This document shows, piece after piece, positions 1 through 14,201 of a stretch of DNA of 64,000 nucleotides. Below the pieces are notes generated by a model. The model saw only the letters and a program-made list of their open reading frames with translations, had not been told where the DNA came from and searched no databases. Each line of letters starts with the position of its first letter. Position 1 is the first letter of the stretch. The DNA is taken from assembly GCA_951406725.2 (NCBI GenBank), contig OX597819.1:133982001-134046000 (forward strand), given 5' to 3'. This DNA comes from Octopus vulgaris. Taxonomy: Eukaryota. A program made the position numbers and the translations under genes.

Positions 1-1435
1 GCATGTATGTATGTATATATGTATGTATGAATGTATGTATGTATGCATGTATGTATATACGTATATATGAATGTATGTATGTATGTATGTATGTATGTAT
101 GTATGTATATACCAATATATAAAAACAAAAAAAGCTGTCCACCACGGATTCGCCAAATTTGTAACTGCTTCATATAGCAGCTGAATGTACCTTGTTATTG
201 ATTGTAGAAGAATGATGGCTACGTTTACTCTGAAGAGCAGAAATGAAAGCGTGAAATGGTCCAATAGGAAACACCCTCCTCTTTTCTGCGCATCTATAAC
301 ATAGAACGGTGTGGCTTTACATTATTTGATATTCAGCAAAGCTTTGTAAATATTAAATATATATATTTCGTAACTGATAGGTTAACATTTAGGCAGTTAT
401 CTATGAATAATTTGCCATGAAGCAGTTAAATGGATGTTCTAGAACTGGGAAACATGTTCACGAAAAGAGGCTTTTTAGTATATTCACATAAAGGGAACGC
501 TGAATGGGAAATATTAGGAAGAAACTGAAGTTCAGAAAATAAAAAGAAACATTGAATTTACCATTAAAAGAGAAAATATATGCAAAATCTACTTAAAAAT
601 TACTAAATGATAAAGAAAGGCTTCAGAAAACTAATGCACAATTGCCTGGTGATTACATTACGACTGAAGTGCAAATACAAGCCTAAAATATGTGTGTGTG
701 AGTGTGTGTGAGAGAGAGAGAGAGAGAGTGTGTGTGTGTGTGTCAGTGTTTGTGTTTGTGTGTGTGTTTGTGTTTTTGTATGTGAGTGTGTGCGTGTGTG
801 CGTGCGTGCGTGTGTGTGTGGGGGGGTGTAAATTCTAAATTCATAATTACCAGAAGCAGTGTGGGTTCAGAATAGTATTGTGTGTATCTTATTGAACATG
901 AATATACTGGCGGAAGCCGAAGAACTGCAGCATTCGTCTTGATAAAGCTTCTTGTGTGACGGTATATAGCTAAAAGGCGCAGAAGTGTATTAATAACAGA
1001 AGGAAAGATTCCAGGAGTGATGCTAGAATTGCCTAATCAGGATTTCTGTACCTTTGCGCGTCGTCATCAGTAGCTAGTATCTGCTATCATTTGCATGCTC
1101 AAATTTTGCCTCTACTGACACAGACAAATTATTTAAAAAGTCACTGGCGCTACAAATAGCTGACGGACTGGATAACAATTCGTAATTAGGGACGGAAACA
1201 TTATTAGCTCAGAATGACACTTTGTATATCTTATTTAACCTGGTTATACTAGCGAAATGTACAAAGCTACAGTATTCATCTTGAAAAAGATTCTCGCAAA
1301 GACTTATAAAGCTAAAAATCACAAAACTGTGTTAAAAGCAGTCAAAACGCGTCCAGCAGCGATGGTAGAACTGCTAAATCAGTTTTTTTCTTAAATCACT
1401 ATAGTATATCCACACTATATATAATGTGGGGGGGA

Positions 1436-1765
1436 GGCGCATGGCGCATGGCGCAGTGGTTAGAGCGTCGCATACGGTCGTGAGGTTGTGAGTTCGATTT
1501 CCCGACCGGGCTGCGTGTTGCAAGACAATTTATTTCATGTTGCTCCAGTTAACTCAGCTGTAGAAATGAGTTGCGACGTCACTGGTGCCAAGCTGTATCG
1601 ACCCCTTTGCCTTTCCCTTGGATAACATCAGTGGTGTGGAGAGGGGGAGGCTGGTATTCATAGGCGACTGCTGGCATTCCATCAACAATCTTACCAGGAC
1701 TTGTGCCTCGGAGGGTAACTTTCCAGGTGCAATCCCATGGTCATTTATGACCGAAGGGGGTCTCC
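1436..1765 (+). mobile_element. tRNA-derived SINE with CORE-like central domain
   Basis: Box A-like TGGCGCAGTGG, box B-like GTTCGATTT, then a CORE-like TTTATTTCATGTTGCTCCAGTTAACTCAGCTGTAGAAATGAGT. Colinear with a second copy at 49065-49412. Followed by (CA)n(TA)n. Confidence 0.85.
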
Positions 1766-1778
1766 TTTTCCTCCTCTT

Positions 1779-1874
<96 letters not shown>

Positions 1875-1984
1875 TAACATGTCAAGGCGTCAGTTGACTG
1901 TATCACTGGATCAAAAATGGAACAAAAGTCCTTTCCGAGCTATTGACTAATAAGGCCGGATTGTGTGACGTATATATTCCCCAT

Positions 1985-2162
1985 CCTCTGAACGAGACGC
2001 CCGTCCGTCGGAGGATTACTCAAATCTTACCAGCTGAGGGGACTGGAACGATGTGAAATGAAGTGTTTTGCTCAAGGGCACAGCACATCACCTGGTCCAG
2101 GAATCGAAACCACAATCTTACTATCATGACTGTAAGGCCCTAACGAGTAAGCCCCGCTCCTC
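1985..2162 (-). mobile_element. Degenerate tRNA-derived SINE fragment
   Basis: Reverse complement reads GGTTTCGATTCCTGGACCAGG...CCCTTGAGCAAAACACTTCATTTCACATCGTTCCAGTCCCCTCAGCTG, the same head/CORE layout as the 1436 SINE. Confidence 0.7.
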
Positions 2163-2748
2163 AGCATTTCATAGAATATGAAGCACATTGATTTAACCAC
2201 AACCCTGTAAAGCAAATGAATTTTAAAACTATATTTCTGAGAATATAATTATTCATCCTCTAAAGAGTGTTCTGATGTTTAAACTAAAGCTAAAGAGAAA
2301 CTATGCGGTAGGATGATGGTGGGTACTTAATGACAACGCTAGGTAAAGAAGTGATAAATATTTTTGAGGGACATCAGAAATTTTCAGATAAGGAGATCAA
2401 TTCTTCGTCAATTAGAAATGATAAACATTGATAATCCAATGGCACAGTATTGCCAAAGATTTATATTTACTGGAGAAACCACACAGAAAATGAAACAATA
2501 TATATTATATTTAAACTAAATATAGTAAAAAGGTTATTATTGTGTTGAACTCGGATGTAAAATATAATGAATGCAATAATTTTCTTCGGTGATTACGTAT
2601 TTACTATTCTTAGAATGTCGAGCAAACGGTTGCACTGAACTTTATTAGATGCGTAAAAGACATTCGTTTGTGCAGCAGAGACTAGCACCAAATTTGAAAC
2701 AGGCTTAGAGAGAACGCCGTATCAGATATATATATATATAGCTTACTA

Positions 2749-2825
2749 ACAGACGGACGGACGGACGGACGGAAGGACAGACAGACAGACAGACCAGACA
2801 CACACACAGACACACAGACAGACAT

Positions 2826-2918
<93 letters not shown>
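2749..2918. repeat. Compound microsatellite (GACG)n(GACA)n(CA)n(GATA)n
   Basis: Directly visible tandem repeats. Confidence 0.95.
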
Positions 2919-2919
<1 letters not shown>

Positions 2920-4973
2920 TGAGTTATTGTTGTAGATGTCATTTTCTTTTGCCAATAAACACACGCACTATTTAATTGATCTTCACTTTAGTTTCTCTGT
3001 CAGATTTCTCTCGTCACACATTCGAGAACGTCTACGATTACTTCCTGATCCTCGCGTCTCTTCTCTTCACTCTTGTCTTTTCTATTTTGTCCTTCTGATA
3101 AGCAAAAATATAAAATGTTAGATTGCGGATGTTTCTTGTCAACAAAGAAAACAGGGAATCCCTCTCAAATGGAAGGTGTCTGCGTAGAAGGCAAAGCAGA
3201 CCAGTGACAACCTGGTAAGATTTGTGAAAGAGAATCTGACAGACGTACTCGAAATCTGTCGACAGAGATGACATGAAACTGCAAGGTAAAAATCTATAAA
3301 ACTGTATTGAAGGACAAAGGATCGATTCTAAGTCACAGCTCTCCACTCATTTCCCGCTACAATTTTTTGTTTCTAATATCACTTTTTCCGTTGAGCCAAA
3401 GAGCTAATCTTCCACTGTCTTGTAAACACAGTTGTTGGCCACGTGAATGTCGAAATAAAATGTCGATCGACGAGGTGGTTCCTACCTTGTAGGTTGCTCA
3501 ATAGGAGACATATCTATATTGTAGTAAATCTAAATTATACCAGAAAAAGAAGAGGCAGATGTCTGGGTAAATACCTACAATAGAACTGCATTTATTTGCA
3601 TCCACATCTGTCCAGATTACGCCTAAGGAACTACTCGATACTTGCAGTGCTTTCTACCTGGTACATCAGTAGATTTTTCACATGTCGTTGAAACATTCTC
3701 TGTTCAGTACTACAAATGCCTGCTCACTTGCGTGTAAATGTTCTTAATATTCAAATTTCAAAACAAAAAAAAGAGAAAGAAGAAAAGAAAATAATAACAT
3801 TCGATTGATTTTGTAATATTGATGTACATGTATTAGATATACTACCGAAATGATTTTTGTTGAAATGAAACAATTTGTTTCTGGAAAATTCTCTCAAAAA
3901 TTCATCTGGAAAAATCGATTTGGAATTAAGTGTTGAAATCTACGGTGGCATAAATAAATATTTTAATGTCAACAATGTAACTTTATCTCTTGATATTTTC
4001 ATTGAAATTAGTCGGCGGCGTATTTGCTTTGTGATTGTTTTTTTCTTTTTCTTTCTACAAATATAATCGAATATTAATGAGATTTATTGAAATGATGAAA
4101 ACCAGAAACAATCAGCATAATTAGACATCCAAAAATAAGCAAACAGTAAACAACATGTTTAACAATAATACTTCATGTATATAAAAATCGAAATGAATAT
4201 TTTATCGATTATAACGATCACTCTACAAATCATCAAGACGATTGACTTTATGCAGATATCTGTGATGAGAAGGATGCTGGCGATCAGCATCACCATCCAT
4301 ATTATCGTCATCTTACAATTTGATGTATGAAAAGACATGCTTGGAATGGTGTGATCGGAATCGATTCTTAGATTCCTGATTAGTGGGATTTGGTTAATAC
4401 CTAATTTGTATTATCACCTCCACAAATCTCTCTCTTTCTCATCTTGCTATCCACATTTTCTCCAATTGACCATTCAAATAACAGCAAGCACCAAGACGGG
4501 GACATTGAGGGTTCGTAGAGAAAGAGAACAGAAATATGGTAACGTGCAGCCATTGTAAATCAATAGAAAATGTGCACGAAATATAGAATTGAAGAAGACA
4601 CTGGAAGCAAAGCAATTTTATAGAAAGATCCTCAAAAATGAAGCAATAACCGTGGAAGATTTACTGATAGCGAAATACAATCCACGGCAGAGCACATAAA
4701 TACCGAGCACATAAAATGAATCCTGAAATTTACCACGATTTATCTGTCGTATGCTTTTCTATAAATCCATCGTTGACATTCCCATGATCCTTTGCAACAT
4801 TACAGCGCGGTAGCAGCAGCAGCAACAGCAGCAGCATCCTTACCATTACGTTATTACTATGACCAAGATTCTTGAAACATTGATGGATTCGTTCTTCTTC
4901 TTCTTCTTCTTCTTCTGCTCCTCCTCCTTATTATTATTATTATTGTTTTTGTTGTTGTTGTTGTTGTTGTTAT

Positions 4974-5016
<43 letters not shown>

Positions 5017-5024
5017 TTAATAAA

Positions 5025-5124
5025 TATATGAGCATCACAACAAACCACACCTCATACTCAAGGCACACAGAGCTGCGCTCGGTAGTGAAGTGAAAGTACG
5101 TAATAAAAATAAGACTACTGATTA

Positions 5125-5184
<60 letters not shown>

Positions 5185-5340
5185 TACGGTCAGTTTGCAA
5201 GAGATGTGAACGCCAAGACAGACAGAGAGGCTATGAAGGAGGAGGAGTGATCTGAAGATAGAGAGAGAAGCACTCATATAATACGCAACAGAAAAGCAAG
5301 CGTTAAGGGCCAATAATGTGAAGTGCAAAACAGACAACAT
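5025..5340 (+). pseudogene. R4/Dong-clade non-LTR retrotransposon fragments in a (TAA)n tract
   Basis: 5183-5340 translates, with frameshift and stop, to YGQFARDV...RRSDLKIEREALI..EKQALRANNVKCKTD, matching the R4/Dong motif HGQF..DLK.ETE.LI.AAQEQALRTN. 5025-5125 looks like a 3' UTR ending in (TAA)n. Confidence 0.6.
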
Positions 5341-5361
5341 TACCTGGTGGTTGTGGTGGTG

Positions 5362-5397
<36 letters not shown>

Positions 5398-6518
5398 GGA
5401 GGAGGAGGAGGAATAGTAGTAGTAGCAGGTGTGTAGCAGCGGTGACAAAAACAAAAGAACTTAGGAAATGAGAAAACATAGCAACAGCGAAAAGAAATAA
5501 TGTAAAAAGAAAGAGAAAGAAAGTCGGGTGTGGGGGTTGGGGTGGGTGAAATGGTTTTCAAGTATTTGATGGAGGAGGACTGCAATGAAACTGTGAGGAT
5601 GAAACAGGGATGAAGAATAAAAGAAAACCAATGAGAAAAAAGTAATGTGGAAGCGAGAATCTGCGAGGAGAACAAAAAGACAAGAAACGAAGAAAGGAAG
5701 ACATAAAGAGGTCAAATAGCAAAGAAAATGTCGGGGAAGAAGAGTTTAAAGTGAGACGAGAGATAAATAAAAGAAGGGAGGAAGACGCGAAAGCAGAGAA
5801 GAAACAATAGAATTGACAAAACTGAAATGACACCGGAGACAAAAGAAAAATGTGATGCGGGGGGGGTGAAATGGAATGGGGGGAATAAGTCGTCGGGCAA
5901 CAAAGAGGCATTCAACAATGTTGAACCGGGGGGGGGGGGGGGTTGAAGATAAACAAAAGGAGTTCCACCAATACTAAACATGACATTAATCTTTGGGACA
6001 GACAAATACGTTGCAACAGGAACAATCAACAATATAAGAGCGATAACAAACAAAAAAGAAGTCGCAGAGGATAAAAAAATAAAACCAAGTGATACATTTT
6101 AATAGTAATTGTGTGTATAAAGCTGATCCTATTTACAGACTAAAAATGGTTATTGCGAGGCACAAACAACGATGTCTTGGCAGCTATATTTTTCTGAAGA
6201 ATTCCAACCACTAAACTTTCACTAAGAAATATAAACCATTAAAATATCGAGAAGTGAGGAAAAAGTTTAACAAACAAGATTTACTAGTTAGCGTTCTAAT
6301 ATGTTTCTAACATACATCCTTGCTTTTATAATAAAAAAGAAATTGTATATTCTATTTATGAAGAGATACAGACAAATTTAAATGAGACTCAATAAAACTA
6401 TGTTCACATTAGATTCTCCGCTACGCAACACGTGAAGTGTGTTTTGAGAAAGGAGTTCGTGAAAAGCATCCGGTTTTCTTTGGAAATTCATTAGAGTACG
6501 AACTCCAACTCAATATTT

Positions 6519-6880
6519 GGTTTTTCTTTCTACGCCAAGGCAACGAGTTGGCAGAATCGTTAGAATGCCTGGAAAACTCTTTGCGGCATCTCGCCCGTCT
6601 TCACATTCATCATTTCGGGGTCGATAAAATAAGTACAAGTCATGCACTGGGTCCCTCGAAATTCCTGGTTTAGTGCCAAAATTTGAAACCAATATTTCTT
6701 TTTGCATTAAGGCGGCGAGCTGCCAGAATCGTTAGCACGCCGGGTAAAATGTTTAGCGGCATTTCGTTCGGCTTTCAGTGCTGAGTTCATATTCCGCCGA
6801 GGTTGTCTTTGCCTCTCATCTCTTCGGGGTCGAACACAGGGTCGTTGTAATTGCCCTAGCCCCTTCCAAAATCTGAAATC
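6519..6880 (+). mobile_element. Two tandem degenerate copies of an abundant SINE (GGCGGCGAGCTGGCAGAA head)
   Basis: Heads at 6519 and 6709, shared TTCGGGGTCGA body. Homologous to the minus-strand copies at 17661-17830 and 18860-19460. Confidence 0.8.
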
Positions 6881-7139
6881 AAAATTCGACAATGTTTCCA
6901 TTAAAGAGCCAGTAAGTGATATTGCAACTTGTCATCTCGTATCTAATCTCAATCACAGCAAATATTTCATGGGTCTTTTTAGAATTGTGGTTCACTTAAA
7001 ATAGATGGATATACAAATGTCACGTTACATAAAGAAATGCAACAAAAAAATTTTGTTTTGTTTTTGAAAGACTTACATATTACTACTACTATACTAGTAT
7101 CGAATATCACCAATGCCACCGTCACCACAACTACCTGCT

Positions 7140-8935
7140 GCAATGAGAATTTCTTTTGCGATTGCTGCGAGAAATTTGGAAGATTTCTGCAACCACGAAG
7201 AAGATTCGGAAATGACCAGAAAAATAGTTTGAAAAAAATGGAAGGAGAGTCGCCTTAAACCTTCCACCCGACGCGATCGAGAATATCTGGAGATGCACAG
7301 TTACATGCCGCTACATCGGAGTCAAATCGTGCCGGGGAGAAAATGCTTCTGAGAGCCAAATCCAAAAATGCCTTGGGCACGCGTGAAAAAAAAGACCCAC
7401 ATCACGAGAAGAATAACGTTAAGGACTACTGAGGAAAGATTTGGGACTGAAGAAGAAACTTTGAGGACTTTGAGGAATGAAGACTTCTTAATCCGCAGCT
7501 ATTGCCATCAGCGCCTTCGTAAGCTTGCGGTGTTGAACGTGCCGCCAGAAATATCCATCACCTGGGTTAGTGGCGGCTGTCTTGTCAGGCATAGAAGAAA
7601 ACAATGTTGGGGGTAAAGAAAATACCTAAACTAAACTGATAAGGTATAGGTATGGAACTGACCTTACGGTGTAATAAGACTATATCGACCAGCTGCCCGA
7701 TCTAATCGATCTCACTTCGATGGTACTCACTTCTCAGTATTAGTGGAAGGTAGAAAGCCAAGATGCCACATATGTGGATCTGTGACTTACTTGCAGGCTT
7801 TCTGCCCTGAAACAAGGAAAGCAAAACTCTCACTGCTTCCAACACAACAAACTGCACAGACACAAAATCATGAAGACGTGCTCAAGACCCCTACAACCAC
7901 ACTCACACCCAAACCAAGACAAAGAGGGAGTCTACTTCCGGTTCCAGGGAACAGCTAATCTGGAAAGCTCTGCCGCCCAAACCAACATCAGCAGCAATGA
8001 CAAGGAGAAGGAAGAGCAGACCGAACAATGGATCACTGTAGATGAAAGAGGAGTGAGCCTAGCCCTACTCCAAGAACTCAGCAAAAAGATACACAAAAAC
8101 TGTAGACCAGTTCACAACCATTCCGGCAAAAACAACAACAACAACAACAACTTCAAAAACAGCAACATCATCAACAACTGTATGAAATGAGAGAAACAAC
8201 CAATTATGGAAGTTCAAAAACAAGAAAATTGCTCAGACTGTCGGCGGCGAGACACGGCTTTTCGCAGCTCGTCTCCTTAACGAAACTGCAGCCCTGAGTA
8301 AAGGATAGACGATGACTGGGCGCCTGGCACCTAGAATGTCGTCAGACACTAACTGCCCTCTACCAGTCGGGCAATAGGATCGGGGGATGCATAACTTTAG
8401 CTATATACAGAGGATTAGTAGCTGGGAAGTGCTGTGACGTCATCGGGGAGACCCTAGACGTCAAAGAAGACGAACTGGCAAGTCTTTTCCGAAGGGCTTT
8501 CCAGTTGGGGACTATTATGAATAATTTCCAGATGATTTTGACCTGGCAGTGCTACCGGGTTACACTACTGGTTCCAATAAACTCTATAGTTACGGATGTT
8601 CTGTCAGATGGGCTTGTTCGAGATGCTCGCAGAGCAACGAAACCGAGTGCCCTCTCCAAAGGAGTTGGAGAGGGCACTCGTCCTCGGCGTTCAGGGTGAT
8701 TTTGAATGGTGGGGTTTCTCAATTATCCCTGGAGGTCCTCCTGTATCAGCGGAGGGGGGACCCCATCACTATGCCTTTTTTGTCTAGTCTCCTATACTAT
8801 GTACACTTCCATTCTTCTAATGTATGCCGTGTAAACATCTTTTTTAATAATCATTCCACCATAAGTAAACTCCACACTTTATGTCTGTCTTTGTATTGTC
8901 CTCCTCATCTTTCGCCCTGGTGGCAAATAAAAGAA
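7140..8935 (+). mobile_element. Degenerate LINE-derived element with an ORF1/gag-like CCHC zinc knuckle
   Basis: ORF 7743-7958 has VEGRKPRCHICGSVTYLQAFCP (CX2CX4[H>Y]X4C). Disrupted upstream frames. Ends in a (TTA)n tail at 8937. Confidence 0.5.
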
Positions 8936-8975
<40 letters not shown>

Positions 8976-8976
<1 letters not shown>

Positions 8977-9051
8977 TTTTTTTTCTTCTTTCAAATTTGC
9001 TTCCATTTCTTGCCGAGTGTCTTCCCGACTCCTAGGGCAAAGAAACTCATA

Positions 9052-9053
<2 letters not shown>
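8976..9053 (-). mobile_element. Short 3'-end fragment of a non-LTR element (possibly R4/Dong) inside (TAA)n
   Basis: 78-bp unique segment between two (TTA)n blocks. The minus strand ends in an A-rich run followed by (TAA)n. Confidence 0.4.
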
Positions 9054-9101
<48 letters not shown>

Positions 9102-11243
9102 ATAATCGTTTGAGTCAGCTCCATGTAACATAAAGTTTCATAGGCTTGTAGACCGAATCTAACTGGTCTGTCATCTCGAGAGAGAGAGTAACAGGATATG
9201 AGACAAATTAAAGACGATTTCTATTTGTCAACTCTGGCCACGCGCTGTTATTGGTCTGCGAGCAGCAACAGTTATTTCTCTTTGTTCTTTGACTCGCGTG
9301 GTCAGACAGAGCGCTGATAAGTACCTGTTGCCACTATTCGAATAGCTTGGCGAGTTGGGTTCCGTCTGCAATCTCTACGAAACGTTGAGTTGCATGTAGC
9401 AGAGTCCAAGAGTTATTAAATAGCATTTGGAGCTCCTAGACAAATGTGTAATTTTGTTGAGTGCTACTTTCTTTCGTTTGTGTGGGTGTGTGTATAATTA
9501 TGTATGTATGTAAACATATATGTATGTATGTGAATGCGTGTATCCGGGTATGTACGTAAAGTTCCTTATAAAATATTCGCCAATAAAGCACTGCAAAGAT
9601 ACTTATGGTTCTATTTCGAAAACTGTTATTATCTTTCTTTAATATACGTATAAAGTGGGCACTTCGGTGTAGTTTTGGCCATTCCTAATAAACTTATATG
9701 CAACCATTGGAGATATCAACAACTGCTTAATATAGCGTGAATAATCGGAAAACTCTTTTTAGCTTAACCGAGGTTGATGAGGAGTTTTGTCCCAACAGTA
9801 AATAGTTGGCGAAGCCTAAAGTCTCAGACAGCTCCGACTTGACTATAAATTTTAATCTAATCTCAGTTATTATACGAAAACTACCTTTGAAATAACCTTA
9901 ATTTAGCATTTACCTACGTGTGACGGTGCGTATGAACGTGTGTACGTATGTGAGTATGTATCAATGCTTTCTTCAGGATTTCTTGTCTTTACAAAATTCA
10001 AGTCCGTCAATAAGAACGTGGCAAGGCTGACAGCTCCTGAAGTTTTGTGAGAGTTCGAATTGGTTGCTATGTGCATACATATGTCTGTGTGCGTATGCGC
10101 TCCATTGCTGTTCATGTGCGGACGCGTGAGTTTATTCCATTTGTTTTGTGTGCTGGCGTTCAACACACGGGTTTCAAATACAGAATCCTTAAAATATTCT
10201 ACAGATTTCCCCCAGAACCATTGTATTTGAAGAATGTAAATCAGTTGTGTTCTTTATTGCAAAACCCCATCTTTTATGCGGATCCGTTGTGGCGTAGCCC
10301 AGCGCGCCTTTGATATGAAGAAGTGAGCATTTTATAGCCAGGATTTAAGAGTTGTTGGCTTCTCAGGGACACAATTACATGTGTTTCACTTTCTCAAGCC
10401 TCCCATAACCTTCAAAACTGGACGGCATTTCGCTTTCTTGTTGTGAATTGATTGAAAAAAAATACCATTTGACAAAAATGCGTTTCGGCGGCTTTTTGGT
10501 GAAGTAAGAAAAATGAATGACTGGATTTGAAATGAGCTGCTGAATAAATGCATTGTGAGATATTGTGATATAAATTAAGATTTTGAAATAAGGATGAAAT
10601 AATATTTTAATAAAAACAGAAATAAAAAATAAATACAAGAAAATATGGAGCAAAGGACGTCATTTTGGCTGTCAGGAAAAGGAAGGATGTCCGTTGCACG
10701 AGGAACGCTTTATTTGTCCCTTTCTCTTGGAGCAAATATTCTATCAACAAATTAATGTAAGATGCATTATAGAATAAAATTCGGTTAAGGAAACCACAGG
10801 CAGTACAAATAATATAAAAGTTATTTTTCAATATAGAACAAAATGCTAAGGAATTTGTCCTGACATGTAATACAAGCCTTGGAAAATACATCTTATTGGT
10901 GTTTTGACAAAGAATAAACACAAATGAATTAAAATTAAAAGCCTTCTACTCCATCAGTTAAGTATTACATTAAAGTTTGCAATAAAAAGAATATGATATT
11001 TTATTAAAATAAGAATGTTAACATGATAGCGTTCGATATCTTAGCATAGATGTTATTGCATGTACTTAAACATGTAAGTACAATGGAAAGAAGACACTCT
11101 ATATTATTAAAAATAATAATAAACGTGCGTATGTGAGAGTGTGTTTACGTGCGTCTCTGTGTATATGTGTATATATATATGCATTTGATATATTGCGAGC
11201 AGGGAAGTGAATCCTTACCACCCTCTGGCGACGTGACTAGTCA

Positions 11244-11298
<55 letters not shown>

Positions 11299-11789
11299 CT
11301 GTATTTATAGATATATACATAGAACAAAACATCCAGATCTACATTGATTTCAAATACTTGCGCTATAAACACAAACATGCAGAAAAACCTTGTAGATGTA
11401 TGAAATTCCAATAACATATGCACGTACATACACACATTCATGCACAATGCATACATACATACGTACATATATACATACGTACGCAAACATACATACATGC
11501 ACATATACATGAACACATATGTACGTATATACACGTATACATACATACATACACACATGCATGCATACATACATACATTCATACATACATACATACATAC
11601 ATACATACATACATACATGCATACATACATACGTATATACATACACACACATACTCCGGGATGATAGTAACATTGATCATTAAAGCAGTCTATCATGGAC
11701 CAACCACCCGATTACTAACTCTCACTGAGGAGGGTATGCGTTTGCAATCAAACAACAAGAAATATCAACCAAATCCCTGACGCGCAAAA

Positions 11790-12370
11790 GGGAGAGAGAG
11801 AGACGTAGGAAAAGCAGCAGAATGTGATAAACGATAACGAAGATATCACCCGCATTGTAAGCAACTGTCCGAAAATGTCATCACTGTTTAACTACCGATG
11901 ATATATAATGTTGTAGAAAGGACACCGTATAACGAAATCCGTCGGAAGAATAATCCCAAGGCCAAAGAAATAAGAACCTACCGTGTAGTAAAAGCCAAAT
12001 ACAGTGAAAACCTCAATAAAATGTAAACATAAGAGACCTGACATAGTAATTTGGGATGAAGAAGAGAAACTGTGTACAGCTGAAGAAATCAGCTACCCAG
12101 CGAATATTAATATAAAACTAAAGATCAGCGAAAGAGAAAGTATCTACGCTGAAATATGGAGAAATCTACAGCTACTCTATCTAGATTACAGCTTCAGGTG
12201 TATACCTGTAATTGTTGGGGCACTGAGATATGTAACACACTGCTTAAAGACTAATTTGAAAAAATATGCTTCCCAAAACCAGAAAGTAGAAAGCTGATTC
12301 GAAGACTGCAGATCCAATCCATCACTGGAACTGAAAAAATCTGTAAAACTTTCCAGAAGTTTATCATTTA
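11790..12370 (+). pseudogene. R4/Dong-like LINE C-terminus (CCHC knuckle remnant + restriction-like endonuclease)
   Basis: EDITRIVSNCPKMS (knuckle remnant), then KHKRPDIVIWDEEEKLCTAEEISYP...KISERESIY..IPVIVGAL, i.e. the PD-(D/E)xK RLE domain. Frameshifted. Confidence 0.8.
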
Positions 12371-13727
12371 AATATATATATGAGCATGTCTGGATACGCA
12401 ACTATATGCATAAGAAGACATACATAAAACAAAACATATAAATCTGCACATACGTACATACATACATACATACATACATACATACATACATACATACATA
12501 CATACATACATACATACATACATACATACATACATACATACATACATACATACATACATACATACATACATACATACATACGTATATACATATATACACA
12601 TGTCTGTACTTGTAGACAGCAAATGTTCTCTCATACATGTCGCATTGAAGACGGAGGTGTTACTACGTCGGAATGAAGAACCTCTTCTTCAATGCGCAAT
12701 TGTAACTCAAGAAACCCCAGAACACAACCGATCTAATATTGTTTGTCTCGAGTTGCGTGGTTTCCTAGGTTTCCAGATGTGAATCTGGAATTGCAGACTC
12801 CATGACTCAGCTGTTACACCAGACACTCAAGTACAACACATTCTCGTAGTTTGAGTCTACACTGACAAGGAGACGTTGAAAATAATTATATAATAAGTTA
12901 CGAAAAGTAAAATTTCAAAGAAAATCTTTAACCCACTGCAATAGAATTCTGTTTACAACTTCACAGAAAGTTTGACCTACAGACCAAACTTCCCTCTGAG
13001 ATCCAGAAAACCTACAATAAACCATAAAATGCATGACCGTCTTAAAACATGGGTAAACTGGGAAGCTGCCCAGAGGGCTCCCAGGTCTTGCAGCTCAATA
13101 CTTAGCTATGTATGTTGTGGCTTGCTAATAATAAATACTATAAGGCTGGGGTCCTACAATGCTGTTAAGGCGGCTCTGGCGAAACGTCATAGGATCTGAT
13201 CGGTGTATAATTTTAAAATCAGGTGATGAGGATTTTATCACCTTACACACTATTTCCATGGTCGTCCGCTACCTTCTACAAAGCGCACGAAAAATTTCAT
13301 TTCACCATTATATTGCGGATAAAACCAGGAGGATTTTAAATTGTCTATGATTATAATGAAGCCAAGAAATTAAGAACCAACAATTCTACTTATTTTGTAG
13401 TTTCAGCTAAGTTTTATCAAAACCGTAAAATTTCTGATTTTAATTTCTTTTTCTAAAAAGATTGGTTTTATGATCTTTTTTAACGTGGCTTTCAACTTCC
13501 GGGTTTATTTAAAAGTCACTCTTTAAAATATTTCATGTTTTTCTTACTTCCGGTCAGTATTAAAAGAAGAACTATCTGCATATCACAAAGGACTAACTAG
13601 TACCGTTTCCTCTGATACTATTCAAAACAAGTTGAAAGTATAGAGAAATTTATATTTTTGCCAAAACAGACAGATATGTTAATAATAAATCTTAGAGCGA
13701 GTTATAAATAGTAGCTGCTACACATCG

Positions 13728-14201
13728 TGACGTATATTTGCCATTTAAATATGGCTAGCCCCTAAGGGTGGATGCCACTGTAGTTTGTAGCCCCAGGAGG
13801 ACACCTCCTCCAGCTGGCTATAGACACACTTTCTGTGCCTTATCAGTATTTGCAAAGGGAAGCCATCCTTCCCGTCTTCAACTTATGATACACACGGACT
13901 CGAGTTTCTGGGTATTGATCCGTCATCGGCGTGTGACAATCACAGTTGTCGATGAAAAGTAGGTTCCCTTCGCAAATACTTATCCCTTTTTCAGTATCGT
14001 AAAGATACTGGAAATACCCAGAAACTCGAGTCCGTGTGTATCATAAGTTGAAGACGGGAAGGATGGCTTCCCTTTGCAAATACCGATAGGGCACAGAAAG
14101 TGTGTCTAAAGCCAGCTGGAGGTGGTGTCCTCCTGGGACTACAAACTACAGTAGCATCCACCCTTAGGGGTTAGCCATATTTAAATGGCAAATATACGTC
14201 A
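13728..14201. mobile_element. Foldback/MITE-like element with 189-bp terminal inverted repeats
   Basis: 13728-13916 is the reverse complement of 14013-14201 with about 7 mismatches. The spacer is 96 bp. Confidence 0.85.

Noticed and set aside
3122-3290. Possible host exon (AG...GTAAG)
   Set aside because: Weak acceptor. The RRRQSRPVTTW translation looks more like a decayed RTE C-terminus, and neither call is well supported.
13150-13196. CTGTTAAGG...GCGAAACGTC resembling a minimal hammerhead
   Set aside because: Core has non-compensatory changes and the stems are poor.
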